64,000 nt of DNA from IMG/VR virus record IMGVR_UViG_3300034095_000847; one strand, written 5' to 3'. The translations under genes were made by a program, and so were the position numbers. This stretch comes from a virus. The notes under the pieces are model-generated. The model made no database searches, was not told the DNA's origin, and saw only the letters and a program-made list of their open reading frames with translations. Positions 9,038 to 17,692 of the stretch are shown here, piece after piece; position 1 is the stretch's first letter; each line of letters opens with the position of its first letter.

Positions 9038-9197
9038 GTGGGAATTATTTTCCTTTGGCATTATTCTTGATGAAGAACTTAATACTGATGAAATTGGATG
9101 GAAAGAAGGCGATTGTTTTAGATTAGAAAAAGTTAAAGGTGTATCAAAGTTAGTTAAATTTAATACCAATATTATAAGGATAGATAATGAAATATAG
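9018..9197 (+). CDS. small hypothetical protein, possibly AbrB-like (IGWKEGD)
   Basis: Read manually, 59 aa; GAGG RBS. Confidence 0.5.
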   Translation: MIYLDYKWELFSFGIILDEELNTDEIGWKEGDCFRLEKVKGVSKLVKFNTNIIRIDNEI

Positions 9198-9266
9198 AAA
9201 GAAACCAGTAGTAATTGAAGCGTTTCAAATTACAGAAGTAAAATGACCTATGAGGCAGTAGAATGA
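9187..9266 (+). pseudogene. internally deleted MKYRKKPVVIEA-family phage gene
   Basis: N-terminus MKYRKKPVVIEAFQ joined out of frame to the family-type C-terminus MTYEAVE*. Confidence 0.6.
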
Positions 9267-9664
9267 GTGATATAACAAAAAAAGATGGTCCAACAGGTGC
9301 ACCATATCCTGGTGAAGTAAATTATTGGTATGACAAGACTGAGGATATGAAAATGAATGAACAAGCAATAGGTATACAGAATCCAGGTTCTGAAACACAA
9401 TTAGTATTAGTAGAATGTATCCATCAATACCGTATGAGATATGTGGTTGAAGTTCCTGTAGGTAAATCAGATTGGGCACTTGATACAGTTTGTATGGATG
9501 AAGCCAAAGAGTTTTCTCAATTATCTCTTGGTGAAACTATTGTATCTCATAGAGTTATAAGTAAAGACGAAGTCCTAAAGTTATGTGATATTGATAATGA
9601 TTATTGCCATTCTTGGACTGATGAAGCGAAACTAGATGCATTTGTAACACCAATGGAGGAATAG
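9263..9664 (+). CDS. hypothetical T4-like phage protein
   Basis: YRMRYVVEVP.GK..WALDTV...AKEFSQ..LGETIVSHRV. Confidence 0.7.
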   Translation: MSDITKKDGPTGAPYPGEVNYWYDKTEDMKMNEQAIGIQNPGSETQLVLVECIHQYRMRYVVEVPVGKSDWALDTVCMDEAKEFSQLSLGETIVSHRVISKDEVLKLCDIDNDYCHSWTDEAKLDAFVTPMEE

Positions 9665-9665
9665 A

Positions 9666-10058
9666 ATGCAAAGATATAATCAAAGATTTAGTGGTGCGTT
9701 CGCACAACTGATTAAGTCTAATACTGGGAAATGGGTTAAACACGCAGAGTTTGAAGATATACTAAAAAGTAATGAAGACGCATTATTTGATGTTATCAAA
9801 GAACGTAATGCAGATATTGAAATGCATAAACAGTGTATTGAAGAACTTAATGTGTTAATTAGTAAAGTTAATAGATGGAGAGAGGAAGACCTTAAAGAAC
9901 ATCAAAGTGAATCTATGCAAAATTTTGAAGAACTTCAACGTCTAGGTGATGATTTGGAATATCTTAAAAATTGGAATACCAAACTGTTTTCGTTATTGGT
10001 AATTTCAACCGTTTTAAATTTTATTATGTTTGGTATTGCCGCGTTATATGTCGGGTAA
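9666..10058 (+). CDS. coiled-coil protein with C-terminal TM helix
   Basis: GGAGG RBS; heptad-rich middle; hydrophobic tail. Confidence 0.65.
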   Translation: MQRYNQRFSGAFAQLIKSNTGKWVKHAEFEDILKSNEDALFDVIKERNADIEMHKQCIEELNVLISKVNRWREEDLKEHQSESMQNFEELQRLGDDLEYLKNWNTKLFSLLVISTVLNFIMFGIAALYVG

Positions 10059-10084
10059 CATTTGAAAATAATTTTTATTAGTGA

Positions 10085-10157
10085 AAATAAACGTTTACAT
10101 TACCTAAAACTATGATATAATAGACTCATAAACTAAATAAATGAGGAATATTATATT
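10085..10157 (+). promoter_or_regulatory. early promoter/leader cassette, copy 6
   Basis: GTTTAC 10093-10098, TATAAT 10116-10121. Confidence 0.9.
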
Positions 10158-10251
10158 ATGAAACAAACAATTCAAATGATAACGATGGCAATTACTACCG
10201 GTTTATTGTATATGGCTGCTAGTCTTGTTTTTAATATTTGAGGATATAAAA

Positions 10252-10416
10252 ATGAAAGGTTTAATACGTTTAGTTGTTGGTGCATTAATGATTATAGGTT
10301 CCTTATTATATGTAGAGGTTAATCAATTCGATCCAGGTATTCAACCAGCAATATGGTTGGTGATTGGACTAACAATGTTTTATTTTGGTATAACCGCCGG
10401 TAAGGAAAATAATTAA
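10252..10416 (+). CDS. small 2-TM membrane protein
   Basis: Start MKGLIR after GAGG; two hydrophobic segments. Confidence 0.6.
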   Translation: MKGLIRLVVGALMIIGSLLYVEVNQFDPGIQPAIWLVIGLTMFYFGITAGKENN

Positions 10417-10577
10417 TGTACCTATTACTAATTGTAATGTTTACAGGGCAAATAGTAGTATATGAATATCCAACTGCATCAGATTGCGAAGTTGGATTGA
10501 TTCAGAAAACAGATGTAGGTAATTATAAAAAGATTAAAAGGGCAATTTGTGTTAATACAGAAGAAGAGGTAGAATGA
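10416..10577 (+). CDS. small exported two-Cys protein
   Basis: Read manually (MYLLLIVMF...DCEVG...AICV); resembles 16512..16688. Confidence 0.55.
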   Translation: MYLLLIVMFTGQIVVYEYPTASDCEVGLIQKTDVGNYKKIKRAICVNTEEEVE

Positions 10578-10761
10578 AGACTTTTATAGTTTATACTATG
10601 GATTTTATTTTGATGTTTTTAATAGTTAGTTCATTGTTTATTTTAATTATAACGGGTGAATTAGTTATTTCGTGTATAATGGCTATTGTATTTGTGATAG
10701 TTGCTAATAACTATATTGTATATAGAAGAATATATTTAACTGGTACGTGTTAGGAGATATA

Positions 10762-11007
10762 ATGCAAGATAAAGTAGAGTTTTTAAAGTGGATATTTAAG
10801 AATATTAATTATTTTTATATAGCATTGTTTTTCCATTTAGTTATATGTTTTTCATTTGTGTTTTTACCAAAGCCATTTGATAAAGTTGCTGCGGTTTATA
10901 TACTAATTACACTTTCAATATCGGCAATTTATTATTTAATAATATTGCCATTAACCTGGGCTTATGCGAAGTTTAAACTTGAAAAAAAAAGATTGAATCT
11001 GAGTTAA
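10762..11007 (+). CDS. 2-TM membrane protein
   Basis: ORF track 10747..11007; AGGAG RBS before MQDKV. Confidence 0.6.
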   Translation: MQDKVEFLKWIFKNINYFYIALFFHLVICFSFVFLPKPFDKVAAVYILITLSISAIYYLIILPLTWAYAKFKLEKKRLNLS

Positions 11008-11050
11008 TAAAAGTTCCATTGGTATTTTCTATGAAGGATCGGTATAAATT

Positions 11051-11554
11051 ATGATTAAAGCCATATATGTAGATATGGATGGTGTACTTGCAGATTTTAA
11101 GAAGAGATTTATAGAACGGTTCAAGGAAGAACCTGAACTAGATTATCCATCTAAAAATAAAGAGAAGAGTGCATATAAAGGAAGATTTGCTACTATGGTT
11201 GATGAACTACAATTTGCTATTCTTGATCCTATGCCTGATCTGGAAGAAGGTTTGCAGTTTTTAACTAGTATTGAGTTTGATTATGATATAAAGTTACTAA
11301 CATCAACTGCTAGAATTGAACTTAAGCAAACTATATCAAGTCAAAAAGAACAATGGTTAAAAGATTATGATATTAAATATCCTGCTATATATGTACCTGG
11401 AAAGATATTAAAGCAAACTTATGCTAGACCTTATAGACTATTGATTGATGATACACTTTCTAACGTAGATCAATGGCGAGCTAAGGGAGGTAAAGCAATA
11501 CTCCATACATCTTGGAGGCAAACAATAGAGGAGTTTGATTACTATTATGCATGA
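11051..11554 (+). CDS. HAD-superfamily 5'(3')-deoxyribonucleotidase-like protein
   Basis: YVDMDGVLADF motif I, LLTS, LLIDDT..NV.QW...GG..ILH. Confidence 0.85.
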   Translation: MIKAIYVDMDGVLADFKKRFIERFKEEPELDYPSKNKEKSAYKGRFATMVDELQFAILDPMPDLEEGLQFLTSIEFDYDIKLLTSTARIELKQTISSQKEQWLKDYDIKYPAIYVPGKILKQTYARPYRLLIDDTLSNVDQWRAKGGKAILHTSWRQTIEEFDYYYA

Positions 11555-11859
11555 AATGACAACTGAAGAAAAGAAAGTTTATACTGATTTACTAAAACAA
11601 ATCTCTTTGAAAATAGATTCCAATAGCACCAGTTATCATATAGCAAGATTAAAGGATTTTGTTGAAGTCGTTAATCTTAGGATTGAAGGTGCAAATTATG
11701 AATATGATTATTAAGTTTTTCTTAGAACGAATCTTTATAGTAGTATTTGGTATTGCAATAATAATAGTTGGATTTATTAGTCCAAGATACGCATTAGTAA
11801 ATCTATGGACTACTTTCCAAAGAGTTAACATAGAGACAAATAAGAAATGAATAGATACT

Positions 11860-12048
11860 ATGACCTTAGAAGAAGCAAATAAGCGATATATTGAATTGTC
11901 GATAAAATATCACGATTGTATACCATTTCACCCAGATGAAGATATTGAATGGCAAGAAGTTTGTAAAATTGTATTTGATGATTTACGGATAAGCAATCCA
12001 GATATGTTTATTGATATAAAGAAATGCAATAGGAAATTAGGTGATTAA
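11860..12048 (+). CDS. hypothetical protein
   Basis: ORF in operon. Confidence 0.5.
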   Translation: MTLEEANKRYIELSIKYHDCIPFHPDEDIEWQEVCKIVFDDLRISNPDMFIDIKKCNRKLGD

Positions 12049-12262
12049 AACCTGTTTGGATTGCAAATGTCAATTCAATACAAATGAAGCATGGAAGACA
12101 ATCTGTCTTACCTGTTATAAGAAGTCAAAGGGATATAAACCTCCTACCAACAATATAGATGATGATATGTTAAAACGTATTATCTATCTCTGTCATCCTG
12201 ATAAACATGATCAAAGCGAAGTTTCCATAATTGTGACAAAATATTTACAAAAATTGAAATAA
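12041..12262 (+). CDS. zinc finger fused to a minimal J-domain-like (HPDK) segment
   Basis: CxxC...CxxC, then LKRIIYLCHPDKH. Confidence 0.55.
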   Translation: MIKTCLDCKCQFNTNEAWKTICLTCYKKSKGYKPPTNNIDDDMLKRIIYLCHPDKHDQSEVSIIVTKYLQKLK

Positions 12263-12323
12263 AACGTTTACATTCTCAGAAAACATGATATAATAGACTC
12301 ATAAATTAAATTATGAGGTTGTT
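12258..12323 (+). promoter_or_regulatory. early promoter/leader cassette, copy 7
   Basis: GTTTAC 12266-12271, TATAAT 12289-12294. Confidence 0.9.
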
Positions 12324-12560
12324 ATGTATATACTTGAAATGATGAAAAAAGATGTTAATTCAGTAGTTGGTTTAACTGTTACGCTTAATTTTAATGTAGT
12401 TCCAGTAGTATCTCATACTGGTGTTGTAAAGTTTGCTGAACGTAGAGATTATAGCTGGACAGTTGATGATGTAAAAACTGATATTCCAAGATATCTTGTT
12501 TCATTTGATGGAACTCATTATTTTACTGTTGATAGATTTGTAACTGGATATGAATTATGA
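12324..12560 (+). CDS. hypothetical protein
   Basis: First ORF after promoter cassette. Confidence 0.6.
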   Translation: MYILEMMKKDVNSVVGLTVTLNFNVVPVVSHTGVVKFAERRDYSWTVDDVKTDIPRYLVSFDGTHYFTVDRFVTGYEL

Positions 12561-12781
12561 AATCATTTACTCCCGCTGAAAAATCCCTAATGACAGAACT
12601 TGGTAGTTCTACTAAAGAAGAAATGGATTCGTTCTATGAAGGTTGGGAAGAATCAAGTTTTGAATGTCGTGCCAATGGTATCCCTGCCTTATCTTTTGAT
12701 AAGTATCTTGAGCAAAAGATAATTTGGAATGAACTTTTTGATAAGTTGATTTTCTTGAATCTAAACTTAGTGAGTGTGTGA
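12557..12781 (+). CDS. hypothetical protein
   Basis: ATGA overlap with the upstream ORF. Confidence 0.6.
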   Translation: MKSFTPAEKSLMTELGSSTKEEMDSFYEGWEESSFECRANGIPALSFDKYLEQKIIWNELFDKLIFLNLNLVSV

Positions 12782-13091
12782 TATGATTGAACCATTAGAT
12801 TTTACCAAATACGAAGTTCCAGAATTCCCTCATAGTTTACACTACTATAAAGACAATTATGAGGCTGCCATAGTTTTGGATCAGTTAAATGATTTTATTA
12901 CTGATGAATTTAGAGCTGACCTTGAAGATTACTTGATTAATTACTTAGCAATAGAGTTGGGTGCAGAGTCTATTCATCTCTCTAAGATTAGGAAGTTGAT
13001 TGAGATTTCAATGGAGAATGGAATAGAATATGATGAAGCTGTGAACTTTTGTGTTAGAATGTTACCTTTGTTACAGGCAGATAAATTATGA
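12774..13091 (+). CDS. hypothetical protein
   Basis: ORF in operon. Confidence 0.6.
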   Translation: MCDMIEPLDFTKYEVPEFPHSLHYYKDNYEAAIVLDQLNDFITDEFRADLEDYLINYLAIELGAESIHLSKIRKLIEISMENGIEYDEAVNFCVRMLPLLQADKL

Positions 13092-13270
13092 TCCTTAAAT
13101 CCTATTCATTATCCCTTCCTGAACCTTCTGAATGGAAGTGTTATTTGTTCGGTAGTAAATCTAGTCAAGGTATGGTTTTTGTGCCAAGAAAAGGTCAAGA
13201 ACCTAACTGGTTTTGGAGAAAGATGCAGTTTTTAATTTTGGGAAATAAGTGGGTGAAGAATGAACGATAA
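13088..13270 (+). CDS. hypothetical phage protein (PNWFWRKMQFL)
   Basis: ATGA overlap with the upstream ORF. Confidence 0.65.
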   Translation: MILKSYSLSLPEPSEWKCYLFGSKSSQGMVFVPRKGQEPNWFWRKMQFLILGNKWVKNER

Positions 13271-13550
13271 ATTCTTGGAAATATTATCTAAATCTTCTGG
13301 ACGAACTATCACTAGACCATACGATGGCTCACTCCTTATCAAATTAGATTTATCAGAATTGGAAAAGTTTGCTGAATTGATTGTTCGGGAATGTTTGTCA
13401 TTAAGCAGTGACCTTTATCCTTTTGAGGCAATGGATGCTGCAGGTGTTGGGGCAAAATCGCAATATGGTTCAGCAGCATTACTTAGAGTCTACGAAAACA
13501 CTAATGACCAATACTATGATGCTATTAAGAAACATTTTGGAGTAGAATAA
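13260..13550 (+). CDS. hypothetical protein, EKFAELIV paralogue family
   Basis: LEKFAELIVRECL...IKKHFGVE. Confidence 0.7.
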   Translation: MNDKFLEILSKSSGRTITRPYDGSLLIKLDLSELEKFAELIVRECLSLSSDLYPFEAMDAAGVGAKSQYGSAALLRVYENTNDQYYDAIKKHFGVE

Positions 13551-13918
13551 TGAGTGGTTTTGGAAGTGTTGATAGATTTACAGATAAAAAAGGTGGTCCG
13601 CAATGCACTGGATTATTTGAAAAACCAGTAGATCCGTATGCTCAATATCACAATGATCCAACGAAACGTGAAGAACCTCGTAAATCGTATGAAGAACAAA
13701 AGACCGATGAACTAGAACTTAAGGGATTTGTTTGGTTGTTGAAACAATTATATGTTGGTCGTGTTGTAGAATACCATAGACCACATTACCCAAATAACAT
13801 CTTGTATGTGCACGTAGTTAGATTTAAGGAAGCGTGTGGATGGACATTAGGAACAGGAATTGTAGTGAATAATATGGGTAGAGAACATACAATATCATTA
13901 GAGGAAATACGACTGTGA
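13550..13918 (+). CDS. hypothetical protein
   Basis: TAATG overlap with the upstream ORF. Confidence 0.6.
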   Translation: MSGFGSVDRFTDKKGGPQCTGLFEKPVDPYAQYHNDPTKREEPRKSYEEQKTDELELKGFVWLLKQLYVGRVVEYHRPHYPNNILYVHVVRFKEACGWTLGTGIVVNNMGREHTISLEEIRL

Positions 13919-14139
13919 GTAATTGTGTGAACGATAGAGAAGAACTACAAGCACTTGTCAAGGATTTCTTTGAAAAGTTCCTTGATACTTGGGAAGAATC
14001 TGATTCAGGTAGAGAATTCCATCCTATCACCATCAGTTGTTGTAGATGTATGAAAGTTGAACCTTTGGGTATTCTCCTAGAAAGAATGAGGGAACTATCA
14101 GGCGCAAAACCTGCATATGAAATAGGAGTAGAAGAATGA
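13915..14139 (+). CDS. hypothetical phage protein (EESDSGREFHP..ISCCR)
   Basis: GTGA overlap with the upstream ORF. Confidence 0.65.
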   Translation: MSNCVNDREELQALVKDFFEKFLDTWEESDSGREFHPITISCCRCMKVEPLGILLERMRELSGAKPAYEIGVEE

Positions 14140-14330
14140 AAGGTTCAGTAGAAAGAAACATAGTCGCTAATTTAGGAAGACGTTACAGATGGGCATTAGA
14201 TGAATATTTCTTAGTTTTATATAATGAAAAATCTCCCTCACTTCTAATTTCCTTGGCGAATTGTAAAGCCATCGAAAGATGGAATGCATTTGAAACAAGT
14301 AGAAAAATATTGAAAGGGGGTGAAGAATGA
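14136..14330 (+). CDS. hypothetical protein
   Basis: ATGA overlap with the upstream ORF. Confidence 0.55.
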   Translation: MKGSVERNIVANLGRRYRWALDEYFLVLYNEKSPSLLISLANCKAIERWNAFETSRKILKGGEE

Positions 14331-14533
14331 ACGATAAATTATTAGAATTTGCTATACAATCTGGTGTTGTTGAATCTAATGTTGATTGGGAAAAGTTTGC
14401 TGAATTGATTGCGAAGGAAATTCTCAATATATCGGATGAAGTCATTACCCTTAGCGATAGCCCAGAATGGTTGATATGTGAAAGATTGGGCATCAACCAT
14501 GACTGGCGAAGACAAGATAATTTTTGGAGTTGA
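14327..14533 (+). CDS. hypothetical protein, EKFAELIV paralogue family
   Basis: WEKFAELIAKE; near-identical 3' end to 8116..8346. Confidence 0.7.
   Translation: MNDKLLEFAIQSGVVESNVDWEKFAELIAKEILNISDEVITLSDSPEWLICERLGINHDWRRQDNFWS
14399..14533 (+). repeat. dispersed direct repeat (~135 bp) of 8209-8346
   Basis: Manual alignment gives about 9 substitutions and one 3-nt indel. Confidence 0.9.
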
Positions 14534-14536
14534 AGA

Positions 14537-15175
14537 ATGAAAATAGTAATCGGTAACTACAGGAATCATTGGCTGTCTCCCTACATAATCCTAGAGAAGT
14601 TTTTCTATTGGAGAAAGGACTATGATGTCTACAAGAAAGAGCCACCAAAATGGTTGCAAACTTTATGTGAATGGAACCAAAAGTTTCTAGATACAGTTCA
14701 TCCAAGAATTGAATATATAAAGATAGATCCTTGGGATACTTGGAGTATGGATCATACACTTGCTCCAATCATTCTCCCGATGCTAAAGGAATTACAGAAA
14801 TCTAAACACGGTTCTCCTTGTGTGTCTGATGAAGACGTTCCAGATTATCTTAAGTCAATGAATGCACCAAGATGTGAGAATGAATGGGATACTGATGATA
14901 ACTTCTTCAAACGCTGGGACTGGATATTACAAGAAGAAATATTTGCATTTGAATCTAAAATCGAAAATGATTGGATGGATCAGTTCAAGTCTGGTGTATC
15001 TGATGTCATTTGGGTAGAATCGGATGAAATGTATGAGGGCGATACTTGTATGGAAATGAAACACGGTCCCAGTCATACTCAAAAATATGACTGGGATGGA
15101 ATCAATGCATACGAAGCAAGAATTCAAAATGGATTTAGACTATTTGGGAAATATTATTCTTCACATTGGAGCTGA
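14537..15175 (+). CDS. hypothetical T4-like phage protein
   Basis: IDPWDTWSMDHTLAPIILPMLK...RWDWIL...RIQNGFRLFGKYY. Confidence 0.75.
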   Translation: MKIVIGNYRNHWLSPYIILEKFFYWRKDYDVYKKEPPKWLQTLCEWNQKFLDTVHPRIEYIKIDPWDTWSMDHTLAPIILPMLKELQKSKHGSPCVSDEDVPDYLKSMNAPRCENEWDTDDNFFKRWDWILQEEIFAFESKIENDWMDQFKSGVSDVIWVESDEMYEGDTCMEMKHGPSHTQKYDWDGINAYEARIQNGFRLFGKYYSSHWS

Positions 15176-15176
15176 T

Positions 15177-15350
15177 ATGAAATTTACAATATTGATGTTG
15201 ATAACTTGTCTTGTTGGTATAACCTTATGGTGTATCTTGGGATACACATTAGAAAAATATGGTGTATCTAATATGTGGTTTATGGTGGCAGGATTTTGGT
15301 TCTATCCTGTATACGACTTTATCTACAAAACTATTATGTGGCACACATGA
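15177..15350 (+). CDS. small membrane protein
   Basis: Start MKFTILM after GGAG; hydrophobic. Confidence 0.55.
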   Translation: MKFTILMLITCLVGITLWCILGYTLEKYGVSNMWFMVAGFWFYPVYDFIYKTIMWHT

Positions 15351-15562
15351 ATATGATAAATTATAGAGTAATTAGTGCTATGGCTGTAACTGGTGAAAAA
15401 TTTAGAGCAGAATATATAGATATGCATAGATTTAACAATTGGAAAGATATTTCAGATACAGACTGGTTTGTTTGGCATGATAGTATGGAAGATGCCAAAC
15501 AAGCAATAGTCAACCATAAAAGACAGTTGGAATATGTTCCAACAATAACTTATATAGATTAA
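15347..15562 (+). CDS. hypothetical protein
   Basis: ATGA overlap; ORF track 15275..15562. Confidence 0.55.
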   Translation: MNMINYRVISAMAVTGEKFRAEYIDMHRFNNWKDISDTDWFVWHDSMEDAKQAIVNHKRQLEYVPTITYID

Positions 15563-15752
15563 CGTATGAAAAAATTAAATCTGTTTATATTAAGAGTAGT
15601 TGTATGGGTGGCTTCAGTTGCCCTTTTTGTTATTGTTATTAGAGTTATCGAGGATATGCAATGAGGTTAGCATTAATCCTTTCAGTTTCACTGGTACTTT
15701 CAGTTGTTCTGGCTGTTGCAGTAATCGTAGAAACTGCTCTAACACAATTCTA

Positions 15753-16502
15753 ATGAAATCCAATTATAAATCCATCTTTATATCAGATGTTCATTTAGGA
15801 ACCAGAGATTGTAAAGCATCAGAACTGCATAATTTCCTTAAACATAATAAATGTGAAACACTTTATCTGGTTGGTGATATAATTGATGGGTGGCGTATAC
15901 AACAAAATAAATGGATGTGGAATCAAACACATTCTAATGTTGTTCAGAAGATACTTAAATTATCAAAAAGAAAAACAAAAGTAATCTATGTTGCTGGTAA
16001 TCACGATGAATTTCTAAGACCTCTTATGCCTTATGGTATTGGGTTTGGTGATATAGAAATTGTCAATCAAATTGAACATATTGGTGTAGACGGTAAAAGA
16101 TACCTAGTCATTCACGGTGATATATTTGATGGGATATCTACATTAGCACCTTGGTTAGGTTATGTTGGTGATAAAGGATATGATCTTATTCTTAACATAA
16201 ATAACAAGTTCAATTGGGTAAGACATAAGATGGGATTTGGATATTGGTCTCTTAGTGCTTATCTGAAACATAAAGTTAAATCAGCAGTAGATTTTATATT
16301 TGAATTTGAAATTAATCTAATAAATTATTGTAAGAAACGTGGATTTGATGGAATCATTTGTGGGCACATACATCACGCAGAAATAAAAGAGGTAGATGGA
16401 TTGATCTATATGAATGATGGGGATTGGGTAGAAAGTATGACTGCTTTGGTAGAACATCTAGATGGTACTTGGGAAATAATCACTTGGGACAAAATAATAT
16501 AG
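15753..16502 (+). CDS. plcP: PlcP-like (LpxH2-type) metallophosphoesterase, putative phospholipase C
   Basis: FISDVHLG, LVGDIIDGW, VVQKIL, GNHDEFLR, HGDIFD, YWSLS, CGHIHHA, NDGDWVES.TA.VEH.DG; has GNHD rather than the GNRD of E. coli LpxH; start at MKSNY. Confidence 0.75.
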   Translation: MKSNYKSIFISDVHLGTRDCKASELHNFLKHNKCETLYLVGDIIDGWRIQQNKWMWNQTHSNVVQKILKLSKRKTKVIYVAGNHDEFLRPLMPYGIGFGDIEIVNQIEHIGVDGKRYLVIHGDIFDGISTLAPWLGYVGDKGYDLILNINNKFNWVRHKMGFGYWSLSAYLKHKVKSAVDFIFEFEINLINYCKKRGFDGIICGHIHHAEIKEVDGLIYMNDGDWVESMTALVEHLDGTWEIITWDKII

Positions 16503-16511
16503 GATTAATTT

Positions 16512-16688
16512 ATGTATATTTTAGTAGCATTACAAGCAGTAGCAGCATTGGGTACTAGTCTTTTTTGGCAACCAATCGGTGAATTTACTTCACCAGAATT
16601 ATGCAAAGTTGCGGTAGAACAATTACAAAAATCAAAAGAACATAGAGATGGGGAGTTGTATGTCTGCTTGAAGAAAAGCAACTTATGA
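16512..16688 (+). CDS. small exported two-Cys protein (58 aa)
   Basis: Read manually; AGGA RBS; ATGA overlap into the GT4 gene. Confidence 0.6.
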   Translation: MYILVALQAVAALGTSLFWQPIGEFTSPELCKVAVEQLQKSKEHRDGELYVCLKKSNL

Positions 16689-17683
16689 AAAGAATCCTAA
16701 TAGTAACAGATAATCTTTTAGACCAAGTAAATGGTGTTGTTACAACTTTTACCAATGTAGAGAAACAAGCATTAAAGAATAACTACAAGATAAGTTATAT
16801 CGATCCTAGTATGTTCTTTCACTTCTCAGCATTAGGGTATCCTGAAGTTAAAATCAGCATACCTTTTAATGTTGGTAAAATAGTTGAAAAGATTAATCCA
16901 GATTATATTCATATTGCAACTGAAGGACCAATAGGTTGGGCAGTAAGAAGATATTGTAATAAGAAAGGTTACAATTATAATTCGTCATATCATACCAAAT
17001 TTCCAGATTTCCTCAAGGAAATCTACGGTATTCCTGAATCATTAACATATAAGTATGTTAGATGGTTTCATAAAGATTCTAAGAAAGTTTTAACAACCAC
17101 TCAAACAATGGTTGATGAGCTTAAATCTAATGGGTTTACTGCTGATGTTATCGCTTGGACTAGAGGTGTTGATACAGAAGTATTCAGTAATATCACTAGA
17201 GAAGACTCAAACCATTATACAATTCTATACGTTGGTCGGGTATCTAAAGAGAAAGGATTAGATGACCTATGTAAAATTAATTCTGATATATTAGATTTCA
17301 GAATACAGATAGTAGGTGATGGACCATACCGTAAAGAATTAGAAACTAAATATCCTCATGTAGAGTTTGTTGGGTATAAGAAAGGTAAAGAACTTGCTCA
17401 GTATTATAGAAATGCTGATGTATTATGTTTTCCAAGTAGAACAGATACCTTTGGTATTGTTATGATAGAATCAATGTCTATGGGTACGCCTGTTGCTGCA
17501 TATCCTGTTGCTGGACCAATTGATGTAATAGAACAAGGTGTTACTGGTTTTATGAATGAAGATATTGAAGATGCGATAGGTGCTTGTTTATATCTCGAAC
17601 GTGATGATGTAGAAAAACATTCAAAGAAATGGACTTGGGAAAACTGTTGGAAAATATTTAAAGACAACTTAGTGGAAAAATAG
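16685..17683 (+). CDS. GT4 (GT-B) glycosyltransferase, Agt-like glycolipid synthase
   Basis: ILIVTD...QVNGVV.T, YPEVK, PDYIHIATEGP.G, SYHTKFP, W.RGVD, YVGRVSKEK, FPSRTDTFGIVMIESM..GTPVAAYPV.GP.DV. Confidence 0.85.
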   Translation: MKRILIVTDNLLDQVNGVVTTFTNVEKQALKNNYKISYIDPSMFFHFSALGYPEVKISIPFNVGKIVEKINPDYIHIATEGPIGWAVRRYCNKKGYNYNSSYHTKFPDFLKEIYGIPESLTYKYVRWFHKDSKKVLTTTQTMVDELKSNGFTADVIAWTRGVDTEVFSNITREDSNHYTILYVGRVSKEKGLDDLCKINSDILDFRIQIVGDGPYRKELETKYPHVEFVGYKKGKELAQYYRNADVLCFPSRTDTFGIVMIESMSMGTPVAAYPVAGPIDVIEQGVTGFMNEDIEDAIGACLYLERDDVEKHSKKWTWENCWKIFKDNLVEK

Positions 17684-17692
17684 AAGTTTATA

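Noticed and set aside
236-15127. Numerous short minus-strand ORFs in the early region
   Set aside because: They overlap well-supported plus-strand genes, and all promoters and RBSs here point to the plus strand
15500-15760. Pho box upstream of plcP
   Set aside because: No CTGTCAT-like tandem 11-bp repeat was found by eye
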